NCBI GenBank assembly: GCA_000697335.1
Contig: JNEM01013660.1
Location: 1-41,471 of the forward strand
Direction: 5' to 3'
Length of the DNA stretch: 41,471 nucleotides
DNA from: Conidiobolus incongruus B7586
Taxonomy: Eukaryota
The position numbers and the translations under genes were made by a program. Of this stretch, positions 39,964 to 41,471 are shown in pieces (positions within the stretch are counted from its first letter, which is position 1; the number at the start of each line of letters is the position of its first letter). The notes beneath the pieces were generated by a model that searched no databases, was not told the DNA's origin, and saw only the letters and a program-made list of their open reading frames with translations.

Positions 39964-41120
39964 TTAAGAGATGAATGCAAGTGATGGATATTAGAATTAA
40001 TTAAAAACAAAATGGATGAATGAATAAATTTAACAAAAATAATTAACGGTTTAATTTTTATTATATCCTTTTAAGAACCACCTAACTGACATCAATTAAT
40101 CTTCATTTGAATTCGATTTCTATTGTGGTATCAATCTTATAACTGATCAGTCAAATAAAACCAATTGTAAAATCAATTCAGTTGAACACCAGTGAATTGG
40201 ATTTAAACTCAATTAGATTACTCCTCAATCTCCTGTGAACTTTAATAACAATCCTTACACACCGTCAACATTTAACCACCTTGCGTATCATACTTTAAAT
40301 GTTACAACTTATACTTTATCAGTCGATAAACTAGAACCCTGTCGGATTCAAATGAATCCCAACTCGAGACTGGATACAATTGAATTAGAAATCTACAATA
40401 CAGCCATTATTCATTTTACATGTATTTTAAATAAAAGGATTTATTTTAATATTTAATATTTAATATTTGAATATTTGAATGTTATTTTCTATTTTATCTT
40501 CACAATCAACATATTCATATGCTATTGATATTTAAATATTTGTGTCAATCTTTTTCAACTTGATTAACATTGTGATTTTAATAGCAACAAGAATTAATGC
40601 AAAATTTATGGTATATTTCTTGTACTTTGAACAATGTTTTTAAAATATAGTTGTCCTTCAGAGTAATCAACATGTGATACTCGATTTTCAAACTAAAAAA
40701 ATTAAAAATAAACTGTGAAAAATTAACTAATACTAATTTCAACGCTAAAATTATCTCTCCGAATTTAATATAAAACAATTCTGCTATCTAATATTCCATA
40801 CACAAACTTTAACTAGAACCGCTATATTGTGAAATAAAATTTTATTTTCATTTAATTATTGAATCGAAATGTCAAATATCAATGTACAAATCTCTTTGGA
40901 AAGTTTCTCAAATTTTATATTGAGAAATGAATCAAAAACTAATTTGTAAATATGTAAAGGCAGTTATTGCCAGATAGAACATATATGATTTAGGATACAA
41001 AGGATAATTTGTCAAGTTCCTTAATTTTTATCATCAATTAATTGAAAAATACCACTTTATACTAGTTCTGACCAAAATTTTTGACTTTTAAGCTGATAAG
41101 CTAAAGATTAATTATATATT

Positions 41121-41136
41121 ATATATATATATATAT
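41121..41136. repeat. (AT)8 microsatellite
   Basis: Directly visible. Confidence 0.85.
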
Positions 41137-41471
41137 GTTAATATAAAGATCAGATAAAGGTAAAATTTAAAAAATCCATAATATTTGATTTGTAATAATT
41201 AATTCATAATATAAAACTAATATTTTTTTATTATTAATAACTCTTTACCATTCTTTTAGCATTTCAAAATCAGTTCTTTATTAAAAATAAAAATTTAGTG
41301 TTTTATAAAATAATTTAATTTATCTAAAGTAATTTTCTTTCTTGCAAGTATATTTTTTAATTTTTTAAAATAATTATAATTATATAAATTATGATTTATT
41401 GAATATATTAAATATAATAATTTTTTATATTTTTTATTATATAATACCTATTATAACTTTAATTTTATATA

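Noticed and set aside
1..41471. tRNA, rRNA, spliceosomal snRNA, CRISPR array, transposase or reverse transcriptase
   Set aside because: No signatures found by eye; divergent ncRNAs could be missed without a covariance-model search.

Overview
Eukaryotic, very AT-rich genomic DNA containing 12 intron-containing protein genes. Short (~47-75 nt) GT-AG introns, fungal-type proteins (Whi2, Sec66, Erf2, Rom/Tus1-type RhoGEF) and a class I aldolase suggest an early-diverging fungus, possibly Zoopagomycota/Entomophthorales-like (inference, not verified). Gene order: SPC25(-), orphan coiled-coil gene(+), mitochondrial uL29m(+), eIF4G(+), tandem DH-DH-PH RhoGEF(+), WHI2(+), mitochondrial ClpX(+), PNKP(+), class I aldolase(-), SEC66(+), PXA-C2-RGS-PX-PXC sorting nexin(+), ERF2-like DHHC palmitoyltransferase(-). 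Exon chains were assembled by hand and checked for frame. I found no tRNA, rRNA, CRISPR array, intact transposon or prokaryote-style system, and no multi-gene novel system is supported. The most interesting signals are unusual protein architectures (duplicated, partly degenerate DH domain; C2 domain inside an Mdm1/SNX13-type nexin; PAM2-like motif in eIF4G), splicing oddities (a GC-AG intron, two 24-nt microexons, an unresolved PNKP start), a class I aldolase with an upstream E-box, and short repeated or inverted motifs in intergenic DNA.
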